Below, piece by piece: positions 7,631 to 7,758 of a stretch of DNA of 7,758 nucleotides (its first letter is position 1; each line of letters begins with the position of its first letter). A model generated the notes under the pieces. That model did no database searches and was not told the DNA's origin. It saw only the letters and a list, made by a program, of their open reading frames with translations. The DNA lies in assembly GCA_000004985.1 (NCBI GenBank), contig GG739110.1; one strand, 5' to 3'. This stretch comes from Naegleria gruberi. Its lineage: Eukaryota. The position numbers were made by a program, and so were the translations under genes.

Positions 7631-7722
7631 AATATTTAAATAGTAACATAAATCAATCAAGATTGGACTGCACAATATTTAATATTTAAATAATTTATAT
7701 AATATTGGATAATATCAATATT
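7631..7722 (+). promoter_or_regulatory. AU-rich 3'UTR segment of the TLDc gene with clustered ATTTA pentamers and repeated AATATTT(AAATA) units
   Basis: aatatttaaata occurs at 7631-7642 and 7681-7692, with further aatattt/atttat units at 7674-7680, 7694-7699 and 7716-7722. Roughly 5-6 ATTTA pentamers fall in ~90 nt where ~1 would be expected by base composition. No canonical AATAAA was found within the readable 184 nt of 3' flank. Confidence 0.2.
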
Positions 7723-7758
7723 TATTGAGTTGTTTAATAGAAAGATCTGTAAGAGAGG

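Noticed and set aside
1-7758. Prokaryotic or phage reading of the window (operon, defence island, CRISPR, toxin-antitoxin).
   Set aside because: No direct-repeat/spacer arrays, no Shine-Dalgarno-spaced tightly packed ORFs and no terminator hairpins were found. Instead there are A-tract eukaryotic start contexts, a secretory signal peptide with an N-glycosylation sequon, a eukaryote-specific TLDc domain, (AT)n microsatellites and an N-filled scaffold gap.

Overview
This window is AT-rich eukaryotic nuclear DNA (coding ~35-40% GC, non-coding ~23-28% GC) from a draft scaffold. Positions 2066-6213 (4148 nt, 53% of the window) are an N-filled assembly gap. The eukaryotic origin is supported by A-tract start-codon contexts, (AT)n microsatellites, a signal-peptide/Cys-rich secreted protein and a TLDc-domain protein. 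The composition resembles a very AT-rich invertebrate metazoan genome such as a cnidarian, but that is inference only. The readable 3.6 kb supports three protein-coding genes. Gene 1 is on the minus strand at 1-625: the start codon is at 625 and the gene runs off the left edge. Its protein has a poly-Asp/Glu tract and I do not recognise the family. The six-frame track omitted it because it is edge-truncated. Gene 2 is on the minus strand, starts at 6586 (alternative ATGs at 6604 and 6634) and runs into the gap at 6214. It encodes a 23-aa signal peptide, an N-glycosylation sequon and a compact Cys-rich module. The rest of this gene is hidden in the gap. Gene 3 is on the plus strand at 6936-7574, an intronless 212-aa TLDc-domain-only protein (OXR1/NCOA7/TBC1D24/IFI44 family). 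It is transcribed divergently from the secreted-protein gene across a ~350-bp shared upstream region. All three start codons are immediately preceded by an A8-A10 tract. I see no rRNA, tRNA, CRISPR, prokaryotic operon structure or identifiable transposon ends. The long ORFs in the supplied track that span the N-run are artefacts of N translated as X. Whatever occupies the 4.1-kb gap, including most of the secreted-protein gene, cannot be assessed from this window.
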